64,000 bases of DNA, from positions 310,001 to 374,000 of the forward strand of contig OZ024760.1 of assembly GCA_964016885.1 (NCBI GenBank), in the 5' to 3' direction. Below the pieces are notes generated by a model, which did no database searches, was not told the DNA's origin, and was given only the letters and a program-made list of their open reading frames with translations. The translations under genes were made by a program, and so were the position numbers. This DNA comes from Eledone cirrhosa. Lineage: Eukaryota. How positions within the stretch are numbered: position 1 is the first letter of the stretch; every line of letters begins with the position of its first letter. Shown here in pieces: positions 26,758 to 41,792 of this stretch.

Positions 26758-28345
26758 TGCACACATACACATACATGTACAGACACATGCAAACAGCACA
26801 CATACACATATACACACATACACATACATGTACAGACACATGCAAACAGCACACATACACATATACACACATACACATTCATGTACAGACACATGCAAAC
26901 AGCACACATACACATATACACACACACACATTCATGTACAGACACATGCAAACAGCACACATACACATATACACACATACACATTCATGTACAGACACAT
27001 GCAAACAGCACACATACACATATACACACACACACATTCATGTACAGACACATGCAAACAGCACACATACACATATACACACATACACATTCATGTACAG
27101 ACACATGCAAACAGCACACATACACATATACACACACACACATTCATGTACAGACACATGCAAACAGCACACATACACATATACACACATACACATTCAT
27201 GTACAGACACATGCAAACAGCACACATACACATATACACAGATACACATTCATGTACAGACACATGCAAACAGCACACATACACATATACACACATACAC
27301 ATTCATGTACAGACACATGCAAACAGCGCACGTTCACATATACACACACACACATACATGTACAGACACATGCAAACAGCACACATACACATATACACAC
27401 ATACACATACATGTACAGACACATGCAAACAGCACACATACACATATACACATACATGTACAGACACATGCAAACAGCACACATACACATATACACACAT
27501 ACACATACATGTACAGACACATGCAAACAGCACACATACACATATACACACATACACATACATGTACAGACACATGCAAACAGCGCACGTACACATATAC
27601 ACACATACACATACATGTACAGACACATGCAAACAGCACACATACACATATACACACATACACATACATGTACAGACACATGCAAACAGCGCACGTACAC
27701 ATATACACACATACACATACATGTACAGACACATGCAAACAGCACACATACACATATACACATATACACATACGTGTACAGACACATGCAAACAGCACAC
27801 ATACACATATACACACATACACATACATGTACAGACACATGCAAACAGCACACATACACATATACACACACACACATACATGTACAGACACATGCAAACA
27901 GCACACATACACATATACACACATACACATACATGTACAGACACAGGCAAACAGCACACATACACATATACACACATACACATACATGTACAGACACATG
28001 CAAACAGCACACATACACATATACACACATACACATACATGTACAGACACAGGCAAACAGCACACATACACATATACACACATACACATACATGTACAGA
28101 CACAGGCAAACAGCACACATACACATATACACATATACACATACATGTACAGACACATGCAAACAGCGCACGTTCACATATACACACATACACATACATG
28201 TACAGATACATGCAAACAGCACACATACACATATACACATACATGTACAGACACATGCAAACAGCACACATACACATATACACATATACACATACATGTA
28301 CAGACACATGCAAACAGCGCACATACCCATATACACACATACACA
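26758..28345. repeat. 53-bp minisatellite, ~30 copies
   Basis: The unit ATGTACAGACACATGCAAACAGCACACATACACATATACACACATACACATAC recurs at 26881, 26934 and onward. Confidence 0.95.
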
Positions 28346-28468
28346 GATCGCAGAAAATAATATGCAATGTTTACGTACAGTCATGCATTCCTCTTTCTCT
28401 CTCTCTCTTTCTTTCTCTCTCTCTTTCTCTCACTCTCTCTCTTTCTCTGTCTTTCTCTCTCTCTCTCC

Positions 28469-28575
<107 letters not shown>

Positions 28576-29001
28576 AAGTATTTCCGTCGGAAAGTTACAA
28601 GAAAAACGAGTGTTCTATGTAGGCTACAGAGCTTATTACTTATGTAATAAACAACATAAGATATTATTTCATTTACCAGTGGTTTCTTGAAGGCAGATGT
28701 TGTATCTGTTTTCACTCGTCAGAATGAATAAAAAACATGGTGTGTTTATTAAATATGGTTTGAAAACAAAATATATATATATATACATGCACACACACAC
28801 ACACACATACATATATATATACACGCACACGCACATACACACATATATATATATATATGTGTGTGTATGTATGTATGTAAATGTGTGGGTGTGTATACGT
28901 GTATATATGTAATATATATGTAAATATATATATTTAGAACAAGCATTCGAAACATTAATAAGCCAACAACATGTAAACTGTTATTGTTTGTTTTTATGTG
29001 T

Positions 29002-29091
<90 letters not shown>

Positions 29092-29183
29092 ACACACACA
29101 TACAAAATACACTTGATGGTCACTGATCTGTCCAGATCGTTTGTCTACCAACATATCATGAAAACATTATACCTCTTCTACGC

Positions 29184-29256
29184 ATTTTGTCTGAAGAGAT
29201 GTTCTGGTTTATGTTATACATAAAACTTTGCATGTTCGAAATATATATAATGAAAT
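29184..29256 (+). ncRNA. Type I HHR candidate
   Basis: ATTTTGT-CTGAAGA-GATG..GTTTATG/CATAAAAC..CATGTTC-GAAA-TATATATA-ATGAAAT. Confidence 0.6.
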
Positions 29257-29395
29257 AAATAGAGATGATATAAAATATATATATATACATTAGGGCGGCC
29301 GACCGAGGTAGAAGCTGCTAAATGTTCGGTCGCCCTCACGTCTCTGATTTTCAGCCCCATGGATTTTGTCTATTATATTCCTTTGTTATATTCTG

Positions 29396-29452
29396 AATAC
29401 CTGATGATGTCACCGGATTCATATTGAACCCGGTCATTGAAATGATCATACT
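29396..29452 (+). ncRNA. HHR candidate, stem I decayed
   Basis: CTGATGA-TG..ACCGG/CCGGT.CA-TT-GAAA-TGATCATA, with a palindromic stem III. Confidence 0.5.
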
Positions 29453-29543
29453 TTAATAAACCTTACAAGGAATTACACCAGTCCAGCCTCCTGTTATTCT
29501 ATTATATATATATATATATAACACCAATCAAACCCCTTTTATA

Positions 29544-29588
29544 GCTCTGACGAATCCTACGGTTACGTAAGGAAGAAACATTGTAAGC
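29544..29588 (+). ncRNA. Minimal type I HHR
   Basis: GCT-CTGACGA-A-TCCTACG-GTTA-CGTAAGGA-A-GAAA-CATTG-TA-AGC, followed by AATAAA. Confidence 0.8.
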
Positions 29589-29917
29589 CAATAAAAATCT
29601 TTTGATGTTGTAGACGGTCTTGTGTTCTTTATCATATATATATATATATATATAAATTTTAGTACAGCATTGACGAAGTTTTAGTATACGGCCAAGCTAG
29701 CGTATATGCATAATCGGTCTGTAGCTTTAGCACTCGGATGAGGTAAGACCCCAGAGTAATAACATTACGTTCAGACAGCTTAGCAAATCAGATATAGCAG
29801 TCGGCAGTCCGACCGCATTACCAGAGCAACGAAAATACAGGACCCAGGAAAAGATTTTATACTGACCTGGACATAACGCTGAGGCTAAGTGTAAAACATA
29901 TAACTTATATATATATA

Positions 29918-30253
29918 TTGAGTAAATGTTGGTTGTATACCAACACCTCAGTATGCAGATTGGATGAAACTTGACAAAGTTAAACACCTCAACAACATGT
30001 ATACTCGTCTCCACCACACTAATTCCGACTGCCTGAAGAGGTCACAGCCAAAGGTGGCTGTCACCGAAATATATATAGCTATATATATTTCGGTGCTATA
30101 TATATTTCGGTGACAGCCACCTTTGGCTGTGACCTCTTCAGGCAGTCCGAATTAGTGTGGTAGAAACGAGTATACATGTTGTTGAGGTGTTTAACTTTGT
30201 CAAGTTTCATCCAATCTGCATACTGAGGTGTTGGTATACGACCAACATATACT

Positions 30254-30257
<4 letters not shown>
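29918..30257. mobile_element. Palindrome family H: two HHRs meeting at their cleavage ends
   Basis: Arms of ~160 bp. The HHR at 30028-30079 reads CTGAAGA-GGTCACAGCCA/TGGCTGTCACC-GAAA-TATATATA-GC. Confidence 0.85.
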
Positions 30258-30315
<58 letters not shown>

Positions 30316-30318
<3 letters not shown>

Positions 30319-30442
30319 AAAGATCTATTTAAAGTTGTTGGGATACAACAAGTAAATATTTTTATAACTGATATAAAGCACTCGACAAGTTTTTGGAGTA
30401 GATATACGATATTAATAAATATAGTTTCCATTTATTAATATC

Positions 30443-30444
<2 letters not shown>
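30316..30444 (-). mobile_element. Family D pLTR terminal fragment with short fold-back
   Basis: Reverse complement of 57840-57946. Confidence 0.75.
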
Positions 30445-30482
<38 letters not shown>

Positions 30483-30923
30483 CGAGTATCTGTATTTGTC
30501 GTATATATATATATATACATACATTTTTACTTTTATCTGAATACGTGTATATGTATATGTGTATGTATGTACGCATGTGCTTCCTAATTTTTATATATTT
30601 TTCTCTTTGTGGAGCTAGAGACTCCTAGTCTTCATTAAAACATTTCCTTGGGAGAAGGTCTCTCTGATATAAATCCTACGATATCATTGGCATCGAATGA
30701 TGGAGACCAGTTCTCCTTTTTGGCTAAATGCATTCGATGTTTAGAGACTGGGATTGGCACAGGCATTGCTTGATAGGTGACATTTTCTGTGATGCACGGC
30801 ATGGCAAGTGCCTGGCAAGACTAAAAATAAACCTCCACTTAAGTATCAAGCGATGGCATTACCTCGAAATCGAGTTGCAACCATCATATATATATTATAT
30901 ATATATATATATATATGCACTAC

Positions 30924-31006
<83 letters not shown>

Positions 31007-31045
31007 TATATATATATATATATACACACACATATATATATATAT

Positions 31046-31117
<72 letters not shown>

Positions 31118-31234
31118 TACACACACACACACACACATATATATATACACACACATACATATATATATATACACACACATACATATCTATATATATATAT
31201 ATATACACACACACACATATATATATATATATAT

Positions 31235-31269
<35 letters not shown>

Positions 31270-31693
31270 TGAGAGAGAGAGCGACACGTCTGTCATGAAT
31301 AAATAAATAACACAAACATAAATAATTGTTACGCCACGTTGTTAACAGGAAAGAAGAAAAGATTAACATGACAGGGCCAAATATAAAATATGAAATAAGA
31401 CTGTGTAGTTTTTACGAGAGAAAATTACCTGCTAAAATAAGCATGGTACTTTCTGCTAAAACTGGTCTTACACTTCCGCTTAGTTACGGTATATACACAT
31501 GTTTTATATATATATATCTTTGAATGTATGTATATTGTATATGTGTGTGTGTATATATATATCTTTGTGTGTGTGTATATATGTATTTATGTGTGTGTGT
31601 ATATATATATATAGATATATATGCACATTGTTTATTCAACTTCAATATAAATCATTATTTCTAAGGCTGTACTATTATTTATTATTATTATTT

Positions 31694-31726
<33 letters not shown>

Positions 31727-31943
31727 TTACTAGCAGTCTGCATAGTTTTGAATCATTCGCAAGGCATCTATCATTATGAAATATGGTTATCTCTATTTTC
31801 AGATCTACATACACTTCCTTTGTCCCTACTTATTTCACTATCACTTTCGTCCCTCTCTCCCTCTCTCCCTCTCTCCCTCTCTCTCTCCCCCTCTCTCTCC
31901 CCCTGACCCTCTTCCTCTCTCCCCCCTCTCTCTCCCCCTCCCT

Positions 31944-31985
<42 letters not shown>

Positions 31986-32502
31986 TTTTTGTATTCTCCT
32001 TTACTCCTTACACCCTCTTATTCTTCTGTAAAACCGAAATCGGCTTCATGGTGATGATGTTGGTGATGATGATGATGATGATGATGTCGGTGGTGGTGAT
32101 TGTGTTGGTGATGATGGTGATGGTGGTGATTGTGTTGGTGGTGATGATGTTGGTGGTGGTGATTATGCTGGTGATTATGTTGGTGATCGTGTTGGTGATG
32201 ATGATGTTGATGATGATGATGATAGTGGTGGTGGTCGTGGTCGTGGTGAAGATGGTCATTGTGATGATGATGATGATGAAGGTGGTCGTCGTAGTGATGA
32301 TGGTGATTGTGATGATGATGATGATAAATTTTGCTAGACCGCTGGCTTCTAGTTTACAATAGCAGAAGACTGCTTTCTGAGAGAATGTATGTCTGTACCT
32401 CATATATTTATTATTTTGTGACTTTGTGTTAAAAGTATATACTAAATATGACGTAAAGCGCAAAATATAGTCTTAGAAATATGGTGGGTTTGTATTCATG
32501 TA

Positions 32503-32612
32503 TGTTATTGTTACAGCTCACACCTATGCAGGTTTAGCTGGCCTCCCCCAAGGTATATCTCGTTGGAGGTGTCTTGGGTGATTTAATGATAGGGACCCCA
32601 GTCCTATCATCT
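32503..32612 (-). repeat. Dispersed single copy of the 23610-24106 hairpin unit
   Basis: The minus strand reads ATGATAGGACTGGGGTCCCTATCATTAAA...CCTTGGGGGAGGCCAGCTAAACCTGCATAGGTGTGAGCTGTAACAA. Confidence 0.8.
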
Positions 32613-32660
32613 CATTTCTACAGCTGTGTAAACTGGAGCAACGTGAAATAAAGTGTCTTA

Positions 32661-32737
<77 letters not shown>

Positions 32738-32939
32738 CATTCATATATATTTTTATTTGTCTGACCCGAATTCTCTTGGTCGCGTTTTTCGGCTGTGCGA
32801 GTGATTGTTTAAGCATTGTCTCAGTGTGTTGGTATTTAAACGTTAGTTATAGCTCTGGTTTATCCAAACTATTGAGCACTTTGCCACACATTTCGAAGAT
32901 TGTGTTTCGTTATTTCGTGGGCCGAGGTTCCGATTCTCG

Positions 32940-33285
<346 letters not shown>

Positions 33286-33517
33286 ATTAAATAAATGGAA
33301 AACTATATTTATAAAACCATATTTATTTCATTATATATATTTCGGGGATATCATATTAACAATATGTTATGCCTTCATCAGACAAAATACAATATAAACA
33401 GTTTTATAGATAAATATATTCGACATACCGTAATAAACATCAACTTCATTTGAAGAGGTTTACTCTAGCAGTGAAAATACAGAGAGAAAGAAAGAGAGAA
33501 AGAAAAGAGGGAAAAAA

Positions 33518-35702
33518 GACATACCTCTACCTAGAAACAAAGACTTTGTAAAACAACTAATAGATAAATCTGACTCTTTTATAAGGAAAATCAAGGGGCG
33601 TGCATTCCACTTTGATAAATCTAATGCAGACGAAAATATCTCGGACTTAAACAAAGTTTTCAAATCTAAAAGAAATCCACCCCCTAACAAACTTTTATCT
33701 GACTTTGAAAACGATATAATTTCTATCATACAAGGGGTCAAATTCAAGAGATACTTTAAAGGCCAGGAATATCTGAAAGGCATTAAGGATAACATTGAGA
33801 GCTTAGAGAAAACTGAGAAGATCTTGGTGAAATCTGACAAGACTAACAACCTCTATGGAGTGCGGAAAGACATGTATAATGGCCTCATACTGAAAGAGCT
33901 GAGGAAAAAATACAAGGTAGCAGATAAGGCCGAACTTGAGAAAATGAATGTGGAAGCATCTTGTATAATGCATGAGTTGGAAATTGAGAACAGAACACAA
34001 CCTTTCGTGCCCAGGAAACCGAAGATCAATATGAAGGACCACAAGAGGAATTTTGAAAATGACCTGCCAGTTAGATTGATCGCACCTTCAAAATCGGACC
34101 TGGGCAAATTAAGCAAAAACATTCTTGACAGGGTGATACTGCAAATTAAGAATTTGGATTGTGTATCTAACCTGAGCTTGTGGAAGGGAACTGGAGAGGT
34201 TGTTGAGTGGTTTAGGCAAATTAAATATGACAATAATAATAGGTTTATTCAACTTGATATAGCTAACTATTATTCTTCTATTACCCCTAGTCTACTAAAT
34301 AAGGCACTAAATTACGCATTCAAACATACGGACCTAACTAGCAAAGAAATGCATATTATATTATCGGCTAGGAAAACTTTGATAGAATTTAATGACAAAT
34401 TATGGACCAGAGCAGATAGAGATAGCAATTTTGACATAACTATGGGATCCTCCGACTCAGCTCAGGTAACTGACCTTGTGGGCTTATTTTTAATCAATTC
34501 GCTACATAGGAAAATACCTGGTACTACCGGAGGTTTATATAGGGATGACATGCTTTTACTTATTAATAATAATAACCCTGAACTAAATAGAAAATGTAAA
34601 CAAATTACAAAATTTTTTAATTACTTTAACCTTAAAATAGAAATTGAGAACAACCATAGAATAGTCAATTTCCTAGATATAACATTAAATCTCAACACAT
34701 GTCTCCACTATCCTTTTCACAAGTTGAATGAAAACTTAAACTATGTCAACTTTAACTCTAACCACCCCAGATCTGTCAAAAACACTATAGTAAACTCAGT
34801 CCAAAAACGTATTTCTAGGATTTCGTCGAATAGAAAGATTTTTGACGAAAAGGCCCAATACTATAATGATGCACTAGCTAGGGCAGGGTATGCTGATAAG
34901 ATTGTGTACATAGATAATGATAGACAAACTAAACAAAGTAACAACTTTTTTAATTACGGCAACAACATTAACAACTATAATAGAAAGCATTACAATAATT
35001 CCAAAGGACAAAAAAGAAATAGAACTAGGAACATAATTTGGTTTGCCCCCCCCCCCTTTCTCACTAAACATTAAAACCCACATCGCTAAATTATTTTTCA
35101 AAGCTCTTGATAATCGCTTCCCTAGAACACATAGGTATCACTCAATCTTCAATAGGCATACAATTAAATTAACCTACTCATCCACCAAAAATTTAGCACA
35201 AAATATTAATAGAATAAATAATAGGAACTTAAAACCTACTGATAATAGCATAAATAATATACAAGTTAACAAATGTAACTGTAGAGATAGATCTAAATGT
35301 CCGTTAAATAACAACTGCTTAGTTAAAAATATAGTATACAATTGTAATGTTAATACTGACTCTAATTCTTTTAACTACGTCGGTTCCACATCGACGGAAT
35401 TTAAACTTCGCTATAATAACCACAAGAATTCTTTCACAGATCCAAATAAAAAATCTTCAACGGCACTATCAGGGGTACTCTGGCAACTTAAGCTAGATAA
35501 CGTTAGATATTCGACGGCTTGGAATATAGTCTCAAGAGGGATTCCTTTTAATTCATCCTCTGAGACATGTGACCTCTGCGCAGAGGAGATATTCTTTATA
35601 CTAAAATCTAAAAATTCCCTTAACCTACGGACAAATTTATTCAGTTGTTGCAAACATAGATTAAACTCAACGTTTAAATATAAATTTAAATTTAAAATGT
35701 AG
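33518..35702 (+). CDS. PLE polyprotein (reverse transcriptase + GIY-YIG endonuclease), one frameshift at the C11 run 35046-35056
   Basis: DIPLP...KSDKT, PVRLIAP, LDIANYYSSI, FDITMGS.DSAQVTDLVG, GLYRDD, NFLDITL, SNHP, WFAPP, then CNCR...CPL...C, IVY...YVGST..FKLRYNNH, CDLC..E, CKH. Confidence 0.92.
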
Positions 35703-36895
35703 TATATTTAGTTTGATTTATATTTATATGAGAACTAGCCGATAAATCTTTTGATTCCTAAATCTTTGATTCCCTCTTTTTACTCTTTCTATTGTTTATT
35801 TTATTTTATTTATTTTTATTTTTTATTTTTTATTTTTTATTTTTTATTTTTTTATTTTTTATTATTTTTTATCTAAACATTCCTCATGAAAAATTAAGCT
35901 ACCCTAAAAGCCGATGCTCCAAATTTTTTTGAATTAACCTTACACTAGATAAACTTCTATATTAAATATAGGAACTTATGTAGACATTATTGGACATCAT
36001 AATCTTTTTTTGCGATATTCTTTGCTAGATGTGATTTGATAGATACTTTTTGGCTTTGTCTTGTAATGAACTTGGCAATATATTGTCAATTAACTTTGAA
36101 GGGTTGTTCTTTGTGGTTTATTTTTATTTTATTTTTATTTTCATTTTTATTTTTATTTTTATTTTTATTTTTATTTTTATTTTTATTTTTATTTTTATTT
36201 TTATTTTTATTCTTTTAGTATTGTAGTATTCTATAATATTTTTATTTTTTATTTTATTTATTTTTTTATTTTATTTTATTTTTAATATTTTTAATATTTT
36301 TATATGTAAATTTTTAATACGTAATATTTTTTAATACGTAGTATTTTAATATGCAATATTTTTATTATGTAATATTCTTTCGTAATATATATATATTTTT
36401 TTTTTAGTTTTCTATTCTATATTTTTATATATTTTTACTTATTATTATTATTATTGTTATCTTTGTTTATAATATAATATATATTTTCGATTAGTATATT
36501 GAAATCTGCTCTCTATTTCTGCTTGATAGATAATCTTGTAGAGTAATCGCAAGAATAATAATACGCTCAAATTTTTATACCACACTGAGAATGTTTTCCG
36601 GTAACTAAAAGTTTGCAGAGTGAATCAGTTGGATTCACATTGATGTTTGTAGCTGTCACATAAACATATGAATTTTTTAAAACTAAACATAAGATAATGA
36701 ATTTTCAAACATTGTGAATACTTGTTTCATTCAGGAATACTGATATTTACAATATAGTGTAAGTTTTATAAATACTAATACATTAAAACATAGGGTTTTC
36801 TACGCCTCGAATATGTCTGGCTATTTTTAAATTTTTTTCTCTCTCTATATCTCTCTGTATCTCTCTATATATCTCCCTTACATTAATACTTGAGC

Positions 36896-36930
<35 letters not shown>

Positions 36931-37293
36931 ATGTATCATTGATACACTTACTCAAAATGACCTCCCACTACCTAATTTTCTATATATATATATGTATCTA
37001 TCTCTATTTCCTCTCTCTCTCTATATATATATATATCTTTCTGTCTCTTTACATGAAGCTCTTCGCTTTATCTATTTTTCCATCTCTCTATTTTGTCCCA
37101 TGCATTTCTTCTTTTTCTTTTTCTTCTTTTTCTTCCTCTTCTTCGTTTTGTCTTTCTTTCTTTCTTTTTTCCCTCTTTTCTTTCTCTCTTTCTTTCTCTC
37201 TGTATTTTCACTGCTAGAGTAAACCTCTTCAAATGAAGTTGATGTTTATTACGGTATGTCGAATATATTTATCTATAAAACTGTTTATATTGT

Positions 37294-37357
37294 ATTTTGT
37301 CTGATGAAGGCATAACATATTGTTAATATGATATCCCCGAAATATATATAATGAAAT
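37294..37357 (+). ncRNA. HHR family D in PLE 3' pLTR
   Basis: ATTTTGT-CTGATGA-AGG..CATAT/ATATG..CCC-GAAA-TATATATA-ATGAAAT. Confidence 0.75.
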
Positions 37358-37486
37358 AAATATGGTTTTATAAATATAGTTTTCCATTTATTTAATATTG
37401 TAAATATACTCCAAATATTTGTCGAGTGCTTTTATATCAGTTATAAATATTTACTAGTTGTAACCCAACAATTTTAAATATAACTT

Positions 37487-37557
<71 letters not shown>

Positions 37558-37742
37558 CCTTTCTGTATTTATCGTTATTGTGGTATATGCCTTTGGTCCT
37601 TTTTCTTCCTGTCACACTTTTTAACTGTTGTGTTTACTCTGAACGGTGATGTATTAACATATCGCTCCATTGATTGTTTTGTGATTGCCTCCAACAACTC
37701 GATTAGTACCTGCTATATGGCAGCTACAATTTCGATACATGC

Positions 37743-37800
<58 letters not shown>

Positions 37801-37802
<2 letters not shown>

Positions 37803-37975
37803 AACAGATTAAAGTTTAAGCAAAGAATCCCTGCTTTCACCCTTAACGGGGTCTTCTGAAACAAAACAAAAAAAATCAATCTGTGGACGCAAAAGTAAAT
37901 ATTTCGAAAAACGTTACAACCGAAGAAAAACAGGAAAACGACACTTTGGGTCGCTGAAAAGTTGCTGGCTTTAAG
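37801..37975 (-). mobile_element. Family G element (variant-core HHR at ~37813-37862)
   Basis: Homologous to 51191-51350. Confidence 0.75.
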
Positions 37976-38625
37976 GGTATCACCAAAGGGTAGAGCTGTT
38001 ACCTTTAAGGACCGCTGTAATAAGTGGGTGAATCTGAGAAGGGAATATGTTGAATAAAATCCTGTATTTTCTTTCCCCCAAAGCCAGGTACGTTTCAGCA
38101 CAGTTTCGTATATATATCCATTGTATATAGAAATGACTTCTACAAGACTAGAACACTTCCATTCGTATGGATACATGAGGAATGATGATTTCATACGAAT
38201 AAAACAGTTCTAGTCTTGTAGCCTTTATTTCTGTATAAAATAAAAAATGCCTATACTCTAACAATGGATTGAGTACCTTTTTAAACTGTAGTTACATTGG
38301 GTGTGTGTATGTATATGTGATATGTGTGTGTGTGTGTGCATATATATATACACACATACATATGAATGTGTTTAAACATATATATATATATATACATATA
38401 TACACATTAATATACATATATATATATATATATACACACACATATATACATATATATATATACTTACACACGTATATATATACATACACATATATATACA
38501 TACATATATATATATGCACACACACATATATATATACACATATATATACATATATATATATGCACACACACATATATATATATATATACATATATATATA
38601 TGCACACACACACATATATATATAT

Positions 38626-38656
<31 letters not shown>

Positions 38657-38808
38657 CAAACATGTACACACACACACACGTGTGTGTGTGTGTGTATGTG
38701 TGCCATTGTAATAGCTAACTATAAGTCTGTAACGTCGTGTTTCGCACCGAAACGCCCTTCTTCTGATATGGTGTCAAAGAAATAGGTTTTGAATATATTT
38801 TCGAATTA

Positions 38809-38861
38809 CCATCTGATGACAGTTCTTCGGCGGGAAACTTGAAACAATGAAGCTGTTGTGG
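38809..38861 (+). ncRNA. Type I HHR
   Basis: CCAT-CTGATGA-C-AGTT...AACT-T-GAAA-CA..TG-TT-GTGG, ending ~20 nt before (TA)n. Confidence 0.7.
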
Positions 38862-38877
38862 AGACTATAACAATACA

Positions 38878-38879
<2 letters not shown>

Positions 38880-38959
<80 letters not shown>

Positions 38960-39127
38960 GTATATATATATAATGTGTGTGTGTGTGTGAATGTATATAT
39001 TTAGGTATATATATATATATACACACACATACATACATACATATTTATGTATATATATATATGCATATATATATATATATACATATATATACACACATAT
39101 ATATTCATATATATATATACAGATATA

Positions 39128-39163
<36 letters not shown>

Positions 39164-39172
39164 CATATATAC

Positions 39173-39207
<35 letters not shown>

Positions 39208-39409
39208 CATATATATACATATATATATATACATTTATATATATACATATATGTATATGTGTATATATATGTATATATATGTATATGTATATATATATAT
39301 ATGTATATGTATATATGTATATGTATTTATATATGTATATATATATATGTATATATATATATGTATATACATACACATATATGTATATATATATATGTAT
39401 TTATATATG

Positions 39410-39442
<33 letters not shown>

Positions 39443-39628
39443 GTATATACATACACATATATGTTTATGTATATATATACATATATGTATATACATATAT
39501 ATATGTATATGTTTATATATGTATATGTTTATGTATATATATATATATATATATGTGTGTATGTATATATATACATATATATATGTATATATATACGTAT
39601 ATGTATGTATATATATGTATATATATAC

Positions 39629-39660
<32 letters not shown>

Positions 39661-39686
39661 ATACATAGATATATATGTATATATAT

Positions 39687-39748
<62 letters not shown>

Positions 39749-39924
39749 GTATATATATACATATATGTATATATATACACATACATATATATATACATAT
39801 ATATACATATACATATATATATACATATATATATATATACATATACATATATATATACATATATATACATATATATACACATATATACACATATACATAT
39901 ATACATATATATATATATATACAC

Positions 39925-39958
<34 letters not shown>

Positions 39959-40076
39959 ACATATATACATATATATGTACACACATATATATATATATAT
40001 AAATGTTTATACATATGTATATATATACTGTATATATACACATATATATATTTATACATATGTATATAAATATATA

Positions 40077-40139
<63 letters not shown>

Positions 40140-40140
40140 T
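38880..40140. repeat. Long compound (TA)/(CA)/(TG) microsatellite
   Basis: Direct inspection. Confidence 0.95.
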
Positions 40141-40589
40141 CACACATACACATTTCAATAAGAATTATATAACCGCCTGTAGATGTATGTCTTATATTGA
40201 GATATATATACCTAAAATTCCATATACACACCATTAATGATAAGTTTTCTCTACTTATTCCGTTCACACACATCTCCACACATATATACATACATACATT
40301 CTATGCATATGCACGTATCTGTACACGTAAGACATACACATGCATATAAACTTACACATGTCTGTACATACATATATTTGTTTATATACACACACAGATA
40401 CATATATATATATATATACAGATACATATATATATATATGCATGCACATGTATATCTGTATGCACCTGCACAGATTTTTTTATATATACATCTACACACA
40501 CACACATATATATATATATAGACACATGCATACATACATACATATATATATATGTAAACACTTTTATACATCCATATATATTCATATAA

Positions 40590-40637
<48 letters not shown>

Positions 40638-40674
40638 TATGCATGTATATGAGTATATGTATATATATATATGA

Positions 40675-40734
<60 letters not shown>

Positions 40735-41137
40735 TCATATACATTGCATATATATTCATATATATACACACATATATACATAGACGCAGACTCCAACTAA
40801 GCTATAACAATGAAGAATCTATTTAATTTTGATATCATCAGACGCTGGGTATTTCCGGTCACAGCCAAAATTATCTGAAGACAAGATGGTTGACTTCCGG
40901 TGAGAGGTCAAGTTAATCTTGTAAGGCTGTCCATAAATGATTTTATTGTTGTATTGTTGTTGTTTTTGTTGTTATCGCCGTTTTCCTTCTCCTTGTTGTT
41001 GTTGTTGTTATTGTCATTATTTTCGATCGTATTCTTGTTATTTTTGTTATTATTGTTGCTGTTACTGTTGTTGTTGTTGAAGTTATTCTTGTTTTCGTTA
41101 TTGTACTGTCACCGACGTTTTTGCTGTTGCTGTTGTT

Positions 41138-41170
<33 letters not shown>

Positions 41171-41181
41171 GCTGCTGCTGC

Positions 41182-41214
<33 letters not shown>

Positions 41215-41509
41215 CGTTATCTTTGATGGTATTATTATTTTTGTTATTATTGTAACTGTTGTTGTTGAAGTTATTCTTGTTTTTATTGTTATTGTACTGT
41301 CACCGACGTTGTTCTTATTGTTGTTACTGTTGTTGTTATTTTTACTGTTGTTGTTATTGTTCTTATTTTGTTGGTGTTGTTGTTATTGTTATTGTTGTTG
41401 TTGTTTTGTTGCTGTTGTTGTTGTTATTATTTTGTTGCTGTTGTTGTTGTTATTATTTTGTTACTGTTGTAATTGTTATTGTTGGTGTTGTAGTCCTGTA
41501 GAAGCCATT

Positions 41510-41552
<43 letters not shown>

Positions 41553-41566
41553 GTGTATGTGTGTGC

Positions 41567-41730
41567 AGGAGAGGTTTGACTGAAAAGTTCATAGGCTGAT
41601 GAAGATACTCCCCTGGAAAGAAACAATGCAGTTATTAATAAGAAGAGTTGAAATTAATGCATGCAAGATTTCACAGCTCTTGCACCACTCTTTCACAGTC
41701 AGCTTAGGAACCTTTCAACCAACCCTTGTG
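41567..41730. mobile_element. Mariner-like MITE
   Basis: Imperfect TIRs GAGGTTTGACTGAAAAGTTCATAGGCTGA / TCAGCTTAGGAACCTTTCAACCAACCCTTG. Confidence 0.6.
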
Positions 41731-41742
41731 TGTGTGTGTGTT

Positions 41743-41792
<50 letters not shown>

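Noticed and set aside
40850-40905. Promoter-like ETS/YY1 motifs (also 7815-7860 and 49551-49563)
   Set aside because: Short motifs with no linked exon or transcript evidence.
41596-41630. CTGATGA...GAAA hammerhead-like string
   Set aside because: No stem II or stem I, and it overlaps a mariner-like TIR.
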